From Selaginella moellendorffii (Eukaryota > Plantae > Lycopodiophyta): 64,000 nucleotides of DNA. Numbering within the stretch: position 1 is the stretch's first letter; each line of letters opens with the position of its first letter. This document shows, piece after piece, positions 24,191 to 36,563 of this stretch. The stretch is from assembly GCF_000143415.4 (NCBI RefSeq), contig NW_003314305.1, positions 1,398,834-1,462,833 of the forward strand, in the 5' to 3' direction. Below the pieces are notes generated by a model. It was given only the letters and a program-made list of their open reading frames with translations. It searched no databases and was not told the origin of the DNA. Made by a program: the position numbers and the translations under genes.

Positions 24191-24439
24191 TAGGTTATCA
24201 TGAGATTTAGCAAAAAAAGTGTGACGGATTGGATCTGGCGCTTTTGGGTGAGCGGGATTTCTAGGGCATTGCGAGGTGTCGTCGCCCTAGCTACAGCGGT
24301 GTCAGGCTTGTCGCCATAGCTCAAGAATCTGGAGTTTGAGGCCGCCGCTCGAATCGCTGTGCACATCAAGGAGAGTGGACGCGCTGCTGCTGGAAAAGAC
24401 CGATGGCTTCTAGCGTGGTAAGAAAAAGTTCCATGTAAC

Positions 24440-25110
24440 TGATTCGGGTCAGGCTTGATACTAAACTGCACCTTCAGCGCAGCAAGAGGTATCTCTTGTT
24501 TTGTTTTCTCTTCTTTATAACCGCAGCCCTCGTTCTAGCTCGCAGGAATGAAAGTGGTGGTTGTTTTTGATGCAAAGGAATCGGGTCTGCCATCACACAG
24601 AGAATCCAGAGCAAGGTAGACTCCACTCGACTTCTTTCTATTCCTTTTGGTTTCTTTTTTTGTCCTCTGGGATTTGATTACGCTTTGTTTCTGCAGTGTT
24701 GACATCGTGTTTGCGGCCGACGCTTGCGCCGATTCATGGATCAAGCGTGAGGTACTTTAGATGATTCCTGCATCATGGCTACATAAATTTCTGCTTTGAT
24801 TGATATCTTTCGGCAGGTCTACTTGTTGAGAGACGACGGCTGCCCCAAGATCAGAGTCATAACGTCCGATTCCCTTCATCAGCAGGTTGCAAACGGCGCG
24901 GTAAATTCGTGAAAGTCAGAGAACAAAACAATGGCTTATTTTCTGCAAAGATTCTTACTGGTTTTATTCTCGGGTCTTTGACAGGGTGCGTATGTATGGA
25001 GCTGCAAAGGTTTGATTGGAGAGCTTTTTAAGTTCCTGAGCGTTTCAGTTTGCTTGTTTAGATCAAGGACGTGAGGAAAGAATTGGAGCAGCTGTTACAT
25101 TCCGACAGGT
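24440..25110 (+). pseudogene. Captured exons of a YacP-like NYN-domain RNase gene, introns retained
   Basis: TFSAAR|GMKVVVVFDAKESGLP|VDIVFAADACADSWIKRE|VYLLRDDGCPKIRVITSD...|GAYVWSCK. Confidence 0.8.
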
Positions 25111-25145
25111 GATGTTACATTACAGCTGAGCCTTCACTGCCAATC

Positions 25146-25740
25146 ATGGCATCCATAGCAAGTGTAGCTCTTGGTCCGCCCATGTCATCTTCTTCAAGAC
25201 CAAGTGCCAGGTACTGCGAGAAAACAGGTAAATCGCTTGGGACAACTGGGAGTCCCAAGCGAGGAGATCACAGGTCTTGTGTATTTACAGCAACGAATTT
25301 AATCGATTGTTTTTCTCATCTCCAGGGATATAGAGATTGTTTTGGAGAGGATTGTCTATCCAGTCAGCCCCTGGTCAAGGTTATGATTTTTATGACCAGG
25401 CTTTTCAGTTCGCCCAAACTTTTGATTTATGTCCAGGCTATGGTTGACATTTGTGAGATTGGAAATACGGTACCGGGAGAATTCAAGAGCCCTGAGGAAG
25501 AAATTCGAGACTCTAGGCTGAATTACACAGAGGACGAAGAGCTCGAGCAGCTAATACATGGAAATGTCTGCATGGTCGATTATCCTGGTGAAGGTACTTC
25601 GAAATTTGCTCAGTGGTTAGTTTTTTCATAAGTTGTGATACAGGTAGCAAAGACTGTAGAATCGGCAGAAGGGTCGTTCTTTCCGGTGATTTTAATCCAT
25701 TGCATGAAGGTCATCTTACATTGATGAGCACGGCATGCAC
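25146..25740 (+). pseudogene. Captured exons of a plant nucleotidylyltransferase/cytidyltransferase-related gene
   Basis: PKRGDHR; EDEELEQLIHG; RVVLSGDFNPLHEGHLTL (HxGH motif). Confidence 0.75.
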
Positions 25741-26086
25741 GTAAGTTTCCTGAAAAAAAATGTTTTTGTTGGTCTAACGCAAGTTACAGCCTTGTGCAAG
25801 GCAGCAATCCAGGAAGCTCTGGATGTGGCGGACGATGCCTTTCAAGCCCAGCTTCGTGACATGATGACGTTGCTGGCCTGCCGCAAGCAGTGGGGCAGTG
25901 CAGCGATTGGGAAGCTCGCATTCCAGAGAGTCTTGCAAGAGACTTTGAGGTTGTAATAAAAACAACTATGCAGCAAGCTTATAGACAATACATTTTCTGT
26001 ACATAGACAATACAAACAGAAAATGAAAGCACACGGGAACAGGAAATGAAAGCACACTGGAACAGGAAATAAAAGTGAACGGTACT

Positions 26087-27374
26087 CTAATCAGCCTTGA
26101 ATGCAATAACTTTTGGTGAGCTTTGATCGGCACCAGTCGAAAATAAGAAGTGGCCTGTTGGTGGCTTCTTTGTCTCCAAAAGTTTGATTGCCTCAGGCAT
26201 TCGAGTCGAGGTGAACATTCTTAGAAACTGGCCAGGAGTGAGACCATATGCTTGGTCTATATAAGTGTCCTCCATGCAAACATCTTGGGGGTGGCCAGTA
26301 TCTGGATAGAATTTGCCATGGACCCGCAAAGTTTGAAAAAACGTTCATTCGTTCTTGCAATGGTGGCACCAACCAATATCTCGCGTTTGTTTCTCGACCC
26401 TAAACTTTTTGCAAACATGGCAGCCGCAACAAACAGAGATTGCTCGAGGGTTTTCAGGGATGAAATGGCCATGCACCTATTGATAAAACATGTGTTCTGA
26501 ACGGCTGGTATACATCAAGAGAGACGTACCCCAAAGAAGTTCTTTCCATATATGAATGAGACAGAGTGCAACTGCTTTTGTATATGATCCCAAGGTGTAT
26601 CGTCAGGAATTTTCAAGACAATAGTCGAGGGTGCAATCCTGAACACATTTTTATCTTTAGTTCCTCGGAGATTGTAGAAAATACGACTTGGCATGTCCCC
26701 AGCAAACCATGATGATTTGAGCTCATGATAGACATGGTCCATATCACCCAGCACATGCACCTATATTTGAAGTTCACCAAAAAATCTAGTCAAAATATTA
26801 CAAATACCTTATAGGTGTTTTCAGCTTCAGGATCATCAGCAATGAATATGATGTTTGTAGTGTTAGGCGTTTGATCTACACCAGTGATTGCCGCAGCAAC
26901 CGTTGAAGAAGTATAAGCAGAAGCATCCACTGCAAAGTGACTCAGTGGAACAATGTCTGATGGTCTGACAAAATCAAGCACTGGAGGAGCCTTCTCTGGC
27001 CATGCTCGAACATGTGTGGCCATAGAAATATCTACTGAGAGACGATGGAGCCCCAAATGATACTTCGGATTTTTAGCTCTGACTTTGTAGTGTTGAATAC
27101 ACAGCCAGTTAGATGGCTTGAAAAGGTGGCTGTATTTGTCAGCAGCGTTGGCTGCCATTGAAGCTGTCGCAAGGTGCATGCCGTAGCTGTCAGTGAAATC
27201 GATATTAAGGAACCTTGATGTTGATGCCATGCTTGTTGAGTGGATCTCATGTTGGAAATCATAACTGCCGTACCGAGATAATACATATATAAGAAGCGGC
27301 TCACCACCTGAATGGAGCTGTAGATCCGCGATATGAACACATGCATATTGTGTTTCCTCAGAAGAAGCAATCAT
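26087..27374 (-). CDS. Helitron-borne RPA70-like OB-fold ssDNA-binding protein (multi-exon; probable upstream exons to ~27941)
   Basis: LNIDFTDSYG...KYSHLFKPSNWLCIQHYKV...KYHLGLHRLSVDISMATHV follows the RPA1 DBD-A/DUF223 pattern; same strand as RepHel; exons 27374-26810, 26761-26530, 26462-26087. Confidence 0.6.
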
Positions 27375-28039
27375 ATTCCATACGCCAGGGTCTTGAATGC
27401 TATATAATTTGCGCTTAGCTAAAAAAGCCCGTTACAAACCCATAACTATAAAAAAAATTCTAAAATTGAGTAGTACCTCCTATAATCCCACGGGGCACTT
27501 GGCTAGAAGTTTGTGTCTGAGCACCTGGATCTGGCCACAGAGAAGGTTTATGGAGCAAAAAAGCCAAGTGCCAGTACCTGCTAAAATAGCAAAGGGACTT
27601 TGGAAATGTAACGGCTGTACCGGCTGTTTAAAGTCTTCTTGTACACCTATTTGTTAAGCTGTAAAGCACTGTATTGGAATAGACTAAGTACCTGAAGCAC
27701 TAAGCTGTGTAAGGTGCTCAGATCCTGGAAAGAAAAGTGATTCAATTCTGGTTTATCAAGATAAACACAAACCTGGTTCACTGCTCTCTCCACCCATCTC
27801 TACATCACCTAGAACTTGTTGCTGCTGTGAAGAAACATCATCTGGCGATGGCTGGTAATTGTAATCTACATGATCTTGAGACCCCACATCAGAATCGCTA
27901 GCTGCCGCTGCCATCGGAGAGGGCAATCCTGAACGAAGCAATTGATTAACTTTGGGTTAATCACAACCGTTGGCCCAAAGGCCTGCTTAATTATTGCCAC
28001 GTCATTAGGCACATGCAAAACTCGCAATAACTATTTCGC

Positions 28040-29460
28040 TCGATGAAGGCGTCCAAAATGTATTCTAGCTTCTTATCTTCAGTGGGAGCATCAGCAGATG
28101 ATGACGATGAGAGGCAGATGATCGTCGTGGATGGCTGGCTGGAGTTTGAGGCCGCGGCTCGAATCGCTGTGCACATCAAGGAGAGTGGACGCGCTGCTGC
28201 TGGAAAAGACCGATGGAAGAGTCCGAGTACTGGCCTCAACGTGACCAATCCTTGCAGCCAACTTCTCAATCTTCCAATTCTCGTTTCTTCGACGTATGCT
28301 TCTGCCACTTCAGGCCTTCATCGTGCTGAGAAGCTCGAGTGGGAGCACACAAAAATAGAGCTTGAGGAGTGACTTGCAAAGCCTCCTTCTTGTCGCATGT
28401 AGCGTCCATTTGATCCGTCAAACCTCTTGAGCTCGGTGCTCCACGGCAACTGACTTGTCCAACTGTGCTCTCTGATCCCTCGGTGCCTCAGCCTTCATCC
28501 TTCGGAGCTCCTCGTTCAGTCTCCCCAAAGCTTTCCTTTGCATTCGGCACGTCTCTCTCTCCTCGAGCGCCTTGAGCCCTGTGATCCTCTCCATCAGCTG
28601 CCATTTACTTGCTTCTCCAGGCTTGCCTTTGCGCTTCCAAACTCTGCCATCCTCTTCTCAACGTGCTCCTGGCCGAGAGCTCCACCTCGTGCAGCGGATT
28701 CGACTCCGTCAGCCATTATCCCCTGGGGTTCCTCTCCGAACACTTCCCTCATTCCACCAGATGACAGAGAACGTCTAGCATACTCTGTCTTATAGTCTCC
28801 GCAGCCATCTGAAACCCCGGTCATGAGCAGCTTCAGCTATATTGTCTTCTCGCCATCTTGCAGCCATCTGGCACTGGTTTACGTCATTCCTCACTACTAT
28901 CATAGACAACCTTACCGGATCCAACTTCTGGATTTGACTCTTGAAAGTTGGCTTCTCCGATGCTAGAGTCCGAGCACTGGCCTCCAGTTGACCAATCCTT
29001 GCAGCCAACTTCTCGAGCTTGGAGACAACTTCATTTCTCGTTTCTTCGACGTGCTTAGAACAGTTTGCTCATGTTCTCTTCTCAGGTAAACCCAGGGTCT
29101 AGTCGTCTTAGAGTTCGCTCCAGCCCGGCCAATCATCTTCTCGCCATCATGGTTCCAACAAAACAACACTCATCGTTACTCCAACTCGCTACAACAAACA
29201 CGGAAGTTATTAGCAAACGGCCATCTGGAATCTGGAAGGTATATCAAACTTACCTGTCTCCTCTTGAATTCGGCAACAAAATCTCTCCCCACACGATCAT
29301 ATAGTTTTTTTGCCTCCACGAAGACCACCTCACCGGACTGACTTCCACGGTTTCCTCTCACTCGGGATCCTATCCAGCATTTTCTGGAGCCTCATCATCT
29401 TCCGCACTCGCTTGATCCTCTCTCGGTCGCTGGATTTGCCGTTGAGCTCCTTGTAAAGCT
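28040..29460. other. Scrambled captured fragments (coiled-coil-like, degenerate) with internal repeats 28139-28216=24329-24406 and 28218-28295~28966-29052
   Basis: Direct repeats are seen; no intact ORF. Confidence 0.5.
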
Positions 29461-30433
29461 GCTCGGTGAGTCTGATCAGAATCCGGCGATTTGGATCGTG
29501 AATCAGCAGCAGCGGCAGGGGCTCTCTCGCCGTCTCAAAAACCCTAGAAAAACATACAAAACAAAACCAAGCTGGATCACGACACGATCAAGCTCGAATC
29601 CCAGCCAGCAGCAACGATTTGGGAGTGGATTTGCTTACCCACCGGAGGAAATCGCGATCCACAGCACGCTCCAAGGGCCGCGACCCACTTGATCCTGCCC
29701 GGAGTGACGCCCTGGAACAGCAATCCCCGGTCAACACTTTGCATGTGCCATGCGTCGCCGGGCCTTCCTCTCCTGCCCCACGCGGCTTGGCCGCCTCCCA
29801 TTGGCCGGGAGCAAACATCAGCGCGATTATTCTCAAACACGTGGTCAAAGAAATAACCCCTTTACAGTTACCCCCCCATCGGACGGCTGTGATTGGCTGG
29901 ATCCGGCGGCCCACAAAGTTCGGCGTTTGCTCCTTATAGTAGTAGACTAGCAATTGCCCAACAAATGCTGGGTGGTTGGCAAATTTGATGCCATTTGAAG
30001 AGGTTTTCTAAGCTTAGCTATGTTTGTTGTTTGATCAACTCCACAATTGAAAGACATTCTCATAACCAAATGTGTTATGAGCATTATATAAGCTAGATTA
30101 GATAACTGTTGAGTTGCATTCCTCCATTTTGAACACAAAAAGCCCAAAGAATAGTTCCAAGTCCATCTTTGGTGCAAGTGTTGGTACTTGCTTCTCAGCC
30201 TGCTAGAGAGGTTCCTGGGATGAGTGAGAAACCATTATATTGCAATGAGAGCTGCACTCAAAAAGCAATAGGATGAAAACTGTACCTCTACCATTAGCAA
30301 CTAAATAGCACATGCCATAACCAAAATGGGACAGCACCCAAGGCACACTTGTCAATGCCAGCTTTGTTGTGGTGTGCATTTGAAACTCACAACTTCATGG
30401 TTGGATATAGAATTGTGCCATATTTTTGTCAGT

Positions 30434-33400
30434 CTACTTAAGAATTTCAGCATAGACTGTATTCACAGTGTAAAAGTGTTGATCATGTGGTATAAGATTG
30501 CCTTGAAGGGGGGTTGCAAGCACTTGAACACGAAGTTGTTCAGGTGATCTACACCTTGACAGAGCAACATAAAGTTGACCATGTGTGAAAACAGGTTGGG
30601 GGAGGTAAATGCCAACACGGTCAAAAGTTTGGCCTTGGGCTTTAGAAATAGTTAAGCAATAACCCAGATGAACTGGGAATTGTCTTCGAGACATCTTGAA
30701 AGGGATTTCAACATCAGAAGGTGTAAGGGTAATACGTGGAATAAAAACTCGAGATCCCTTGAATTGTCTCGTGATAATTTCACAATCTAAAACGTTTTGA
30801 GATGCTTGCTTGAGAATGAGGCAAGTGCCATTGCATAAACCAATTTGTGGAGATATGTTCCTAAGAAGAATCAAAATCACATTTTGTTTTAGAATTAATT
30901 TGTGTGGTGGTAGTCCCGATGGGGTGATTGAATTTAAGAATTCAATTGGGAACTCTTCAGGGTGATCTGAGTCAACCGTGTCAATGCTCAAATAAACATA
31001 TGGATCACCTAGTAATCTTTCAACAATGTCATTATTTATTCTGAATGTGTCGTCATTGAGTGGGGTGAGAATAACCTTTGATGCAGCTGTATAAGTATTT
31101 ATAATATCATCGGTATTTGGGAAAACAAAGTTTACAACAGATGTAGTGATAGATAATGCATGTGGTATTTTGATAATATCTGGTGGGAGACATGGCAGCT
31201 GTAAACTACTATCACCATTGCCAAGTTTGAGAAGCCATTCAGAAAAACAAAGATTGTTTGAACGTATATTCTTTGTTAATGTTAGTGTTGTAAAGAGTGA
31301 CCATAGTCTATTCATTTTAACTGAGCTTGAAATAATAGAGGTTCTATGGCCATGGGGAACAACAGGAAGGGTTTGACGAAAGTCACCACTTGTAATCACT
31401 ATAACGCCTCCAAATGGTTTAGAATTACATTTGAGATGTTTTAAACATTTATCAACCACAGAGAAAGCATGTGTATGAACCATACTAATTTCATCCCATA
31501 TGAGAACATTTGCTTGTTTAATGGTTTTTCCAGCATCACTATTAATTGTTAAAGCAGAGACAGAAGTTTCATTTAAAGGAACAGGAAGTTTAAAAGTCAT
31601 ATGTGCCGTTTGACCATATTTTAGCAAAATGCTTGCAATCCCAGTCCATGCCATACTGATTACTTTTATTTTTTTTAATTGTAATGCTATAATGATAGTA
31701 TTAAGTAGAAAAGTTTTTCCAGTACCACCAGGTCCATCAATAAAGAAACATTGATGCTGGTTAGTATCAATGGCATTTATAATGAGTTCAAAAATATATA
31801 ACTGAATTGATTTATGTTTGCATTTATTTGGTCTTGTGATGGGTCAGGGATCTCTGTATTAAGCATGTGTTTGATAATGGGAGTAAGAGTTGAGAGTGGT
31901 AAACCAAAATCACAATTAGATTTATTGTGTAGTTGGAATTTTGAATTAATATCGACTAAAGCAATGTCAAAATAGTTTATGTCATTTCTAGCATAATCCT
32001 CAGACATATCAATTTTGAATTGATCCCATAATAGATTTGGGTCTTTTGGTGAACAATACAAACAAATAAAAACAAATAACTGTCTTAATTGGGATGGCAT
32101 TTTAAAAGTAGAAGCTTCTTGCATGCAGTGTTGCCATTCTGAATCATCTGCTAAATGTCCCATTGCCATAGCTGCTTGTTTAAAAGAGGAGAAAGTAACA
32201 CCTTCGACAGTACATATATCCTCAAATGATATAGCACCTTTTTTATAGAGTAATATAAGCCGTAAGTGGTATAACTCACTATTAGAAGGAGATATGGAAT
32301 ACATTCTTGGTATGAGTTTAGCTTTTCGCTGGCGTAATTGCCATTTATGAGAGGATTTGTTATATGTGTAATGTAATGGAATTTGAGCATATGTATATTG
32401 CCTTGCATTAGTATCTTGCATGTTTAAATTGAACCATTGTGTAAGCATTGTTCCATTTTGAGTGGCTTTTTCTAGTGCTTCTTGTTCATGACCTGGTCTG
32501 AAATAAACGTTTTGAAAATTGGGTAAATGAACTGGAAGGCGTATAATAGTTAGTGATTTATCATGCATATGAAACTTAAATATACGCCACATGCTTCAGG
32601 AGCAGAAATATATCGAGCATCGACAAAACTTGAGATTTCGTCCCAATTTAAAGTCCCTCGTTCTTCAGATGCAGTTAAGAATTCTAATGTTGCACAGTCA
32701 TAACCTTTGTATACATATTGAAATAAATATTTAATACTTTTAATAGAAGCGCAGATCTCTACATTGATGTGTGCTTGATATTTCTTACAAAGGTATTTAT
32801 TATAAGGAACAACCCATCTGTTGTCAATAGTACAACCATTTTTTATGAAAGTGCGCCCGTTATTGGGACGGTAGTAATCAGGATAACCATCAACACAATA
32901 AATGGTTTCAACATTAAATTCTTTTGGATAATTCTTAGAGCATTTGTTATTTTCTATGCAAGGGCTTCTAGGATTTAAATAACCACATGGACCATGTATC
33001 ATATGATTTATAATTATATTATGCAATTCTGGTTCTAACAGTGGGTGTGGCAACTGTGCAGTGACAAATTCATCAACTGAGTCTCGATTTCTTATCTTAT
33101 CTTCGCTTGATAACATTGCTAAAAAATGACAATGAGGCAAACCTCTTTTCTGGAATTCAATAACATAAACATATGCAATGCACTTCCCAAAAATTCCTTT
33201 GATACTTATGTCATGTAGGAATTCTTTAAGCTTTAAGTTGAAAACTCTTGAAATAAGATCAGGTCGATCCTCAGGTGATTCATTCAGCTGTAAGTTTTGC
33301 ACAATTTCAGGCCACTTTGGGTTGCATGTAAATGTAATAAATAAGTCAGGTTTTCCAAAATGTGTGACAATAGCAATAGCATCTTGATAATGTTGTTGCA

Positions 33401-34805
33401 TTGCTCGTGGGCTACCAGGAAATGTAGAAGGCAAAATTACAATTTTTCCAGGTTCAGCATTATTAGTAGCAGCTCTATTGCTAACATAGTCCATAAGACC
33501 TGTGTAGTAATCCACTTTTAAGTGTTTTTGATGAGTGCGAAAGAAATTAAGGTTGTTAGATTCAACCTTTACATAAGCATCAACTATAAATTGTTGAGTG
33601 AGTTTCCCAGCATGTAGCAATTGATCATAAAGGAAAGAGTTGCCAATGCTATCTCGTTGAGATAATCGATATGCATAGTACTGGAGTAGCGTTACATGTG
33701 ACTCATTGTGATAGATTTTTTCATGCCAACCTTTATCACCAAATGGTAAAAGTAAAGGATAAACTATAGGATCACAATTTTCATTAAGAATAGAGATTTT
33801 AATTGGCTGTGAGTTATATGGATGTATGCATATTTCTCTGTCAAGAGATGGCTCACCCTCATCAATAGCGAAAACAATAGCAACATCATTAATCTGTGGC
33901 AAATTATAACGATGTAGATTAGTACTTTCACTTCTAACAATCATGTAAACACCACGTTTTGGGGTTCCATTGCAAATTGAGCGATGTTGTTCTTGTGATT
34001 CAAGATTATACATCATTTGAAAAGCTTGTGCATACGGGTTTATTATTCTTAGCAAGTTATCTAATTGTAATAATAAATTAGAATCACAATTTGTGTTGAA
34101 TGGGTTTTGCTTTCTAATATTTGTAGCCTCAGAAGCGTCAAGCATGTAAAGTTGCCCATATGATGGTGGCACGTTAGCTGCAGGATATGCTGAAGCAATT
34201 TTGTGATAAATTTGACCATGTATTCTAAAGCAATATGGGCCTTTACCACTTAAATTATCAATATTAGCACCCATTGATGCAAAAGCCAAAGCATTGTTGA
34301 AATTTCTTATGTTAATTTTAAAATTGGAGTTTCTATTTTCATTAAAAAGCATACGCAATATAGTAGGTAAAGATGAAAGCTGGGGAAGAGAAACCTTTCC
34401 ATTCTGGCAGCACATTGATCTTGACTCATTTTCAAAATGTAATGCACCACAAAAGACACACACGGATGACATATTTCCAATATTAAACAGTTGTACTGTA
34501 TGGTCATTATAATTCTTTTGATGTGCTAATTTATAGATAGTATAACTGTGATGATTACATGTATTTGTATTAGTTTCATTAGCATTTTCAAGGTTTATAT
34601 TTGTATGGCCTTCATCAGCATATGCTATGTTTGTATTAGCATTGTCAAGATTTGAAGTAATTTTTGCATTAGCATGTTCAAGGTCTAGATTAGTTTCTTC
34701 ATTACCATATGCAAGGTTGTTGTGAATATGATTATATGTGCTAGTGTCAATAGTTGGAGGCAAATGGTGACGTATGCCTCTTAATACTTCGCGAAGCCGA
34801 GGCAT
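30434..34805 (-). pseudogene. Second RepHel, frameshifted at ~32590 and ~31790
   Basis: Same Rep motifs 1-3 and PIF1 motifs as RepHel 1, split across three frames. Confidence 0.92.
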
Positions 34806-35384
34806 ATTTGCTAGGGATGATAAATGAGATGAAATAACCTATCTAGTGTCAAAGCACTTATCTTAAAATTTTCAGAGATTCTAAGTAAAAGCCAGAACTC
34901 GCCTTCTTCTTACACTGGAAAAAAAATTTAAAAAAAATAAAAACGAAGACTATACAATGAGAGCACAATCCGTACACACCTTAATCTGTAAACAAAAGAG
35001 ACTAATCTAGCAACCAATAAAACCTAGACACAGGACTGACACACCTTTTCCAGGGTGTGGTGAGCAACTGTGAGAGGTGGGTGGGGTTTGCAAGTTAGAG
35101 AACTCACCTTGGGCTTGTTCTCTCTCACATCTGATGGTTCTGGCTGTGAAGGCTGGCTCTGGCTTCAGCTCTGCCACTGGATAGCATCCACAAACCCAAA
35201 TGAAGACGTTTCAAATTTTCACAGCACACAAAAATCCAGATTGTTGGGGTTAGGGGCCAAATTAGCGGCTGCCCAGCCGACGGTGAACACAGACCTTTGC
35301 GGGAAGAAGCGCAATTGCTGCGATTGCCACTGATCCGGCAAGCAAGCGTTAGCTCAATTGCGACAGGGCATCCAGGGCGAGCTA

Positions 35385-35492
35385 AGAAGAACGGGCACGG
35401 GGGCAGGACACCACTGGCACACGTGTCGCTGTGCCTTCTTCTCCCGCCCCACGCGGCTTGGCCGCCTCCCATTGGCCGGGAGCAAACATCAG
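35385..35492. repeat. 108-bp direct repeat, copy A (identical to 36092-36199)
   Basis: agaagaacgggcacgg...gggagcaaacatcag occurs twice. Confidence 0.92.
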
Positions 35493-36091
35493 CAAGTCTG
35501 TGAACAGCATCAGGTTATTCCGAGAGCCACCACCCGACGCCGCTGCCTCTGAATTCCCTCGCTCTCGCCTTTCGAGCTTTGTCGCTAAAGATCCTCGCAA
35601 TGGCCTCAGCAATCTCCTCCCGCTTCACAAACGCGTCGGAGCTCCTCCCGTCCGAAACTTCCACCCCGATGCGGCACCTCTCCGCCATGGTCTTGCGGTT
35701 GAGCCCCTGCCTCGTATATCCGAGGCCAGCAGATGATCGGCACGCCGCTGGAGACGCTCTCCAGGACCGAGTTCCATCCGCAGTGGCTCACGAATCCAGC
35801 CACTGCCCTGTGCGCCAGAACTTCTCTCTGCGGCGCCCATGAAACCACCAGGCCTCGTCCCTTGGTCCGCTCGACCAAGTTCTTGTAGAAGTCACTGTTC
35901 TTCACCAGGACTGTCGTGTCGCCCTCGTCCACGAACTGGGGCGGCCTGACTGTGAGCAAGAACGGCACCTTGCTCGCCTCCAAACCGAGCGCGAGCTCCT
36001 CGAATTCCTCCTGCGAAAGCTTCGCTATGCTGCCGAATGCGACATAGAGGACTGAGTCTGGCTCCTGCGTGTCGAGCCAGTCGAGGCATTC
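35493..36091 (-). pseudogene. Captured C-terminal half of a family-1 UDP-glycosyltransferase (PSPG box), with a frameshift
   Basis: CLDWLDTQEPDSVLYVAFGS...WAPQREVLAHRAVAGFVSHCGWNSVLES. Confidence 0.92.
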
Positions 36092-36199
36092 AGAAGAACG
36101 GGCACGGGGGCAGGACACCACTGGCACACGTGTCGCTGTGCCTTCTTCTCCCGCCCCACGCGGCTTGGCCGCCTCCCATTGGCCGGGAGCAAACATCAG
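36092..36199. repeat. 108-bp direct repeat, copy B
   Basis: Identical to 35385-35492. Confidence 0.92.
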
Positions 36200-36339
36200 A
36201 AAAATTTCTCGTGCAACCATGGCTACCGACCCTGGCCCGGGCCTGGGATCCAACGGCCGGCGAGCCTCCCCACTATCGCTTTATATGTATAGATTCATTA
36301 TATATTTTGTAAATTTCCGTGGTCTGCCCGGCGACGTGG

Positions 36340-36508
36340 CGCTCTTTCAAGAGCCCTAGAATTTCAAAATTGAGGGATTCTGCTACAGTGGTATAGTCTG
36401 GCTTATATATGGCTTTCAAACGCATATTCCGTTAAGCATGAAGATATTCTGTTATGGTTTTGTTTTGTCATAGATAAAATTACAACAAAACAATATAAGA
36501 ATGAACAT
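36340..36508 (-). repeat. Inverted copy of the UBP 3'UTR / YKT6 promoter interval (16340-16525)
   Basis: The reverse complement matches cttaacggaatatgcgtttgaaagccatat...ttttgaaattctagggctcttgaaagagc. Confidence 0.85.
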
Positions 36509-36515
36509 CCAAAAT

Positions 36516-36563
36516 TTAGATCATTAGATCATTAGATCATTAGATCATTAGGTCATTAGATCA
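36516..36563. repeat. (TTAGATCA)6 minisatellite
   Basis: Seen directly, one mismatch. Confidence 0.9.

Larger units (their letters stand above)
18921..29946 (-). mobile_element. Helitron 1 (~11 kb): RepHel, RPA-like gene and captured host exons
   Basis: 5' TCTACTACTATAA at 29946; 3' hairpin CCCAGC-ATTG-GCTGGG then CTAG|T ending at 18921; RepHel ORFs inside. Confidence 0.88.
29947..36293 (-). mobile_element. Helitron 2 (~6.3 kb), abutting the 5' end of Helitron 1
   Basis: A|TCTATACATATAA at 36293; 3' hairpin CCCAGC-ATTT-GTTGGG then CTAG ending at 29947. Confidence 0.85.

Noticed and set aside
35385-36199. LTR/TRIM retroelement
   Set aside because: No TG...CA ends, PBS, PPT or TSD seen; the repeat core is shared with the Helitron 1 5' region
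36516-36563. Possible CRISPR or telomeric array
   Set aside because: 8-bp unit with no spacers; not TTTAGGG
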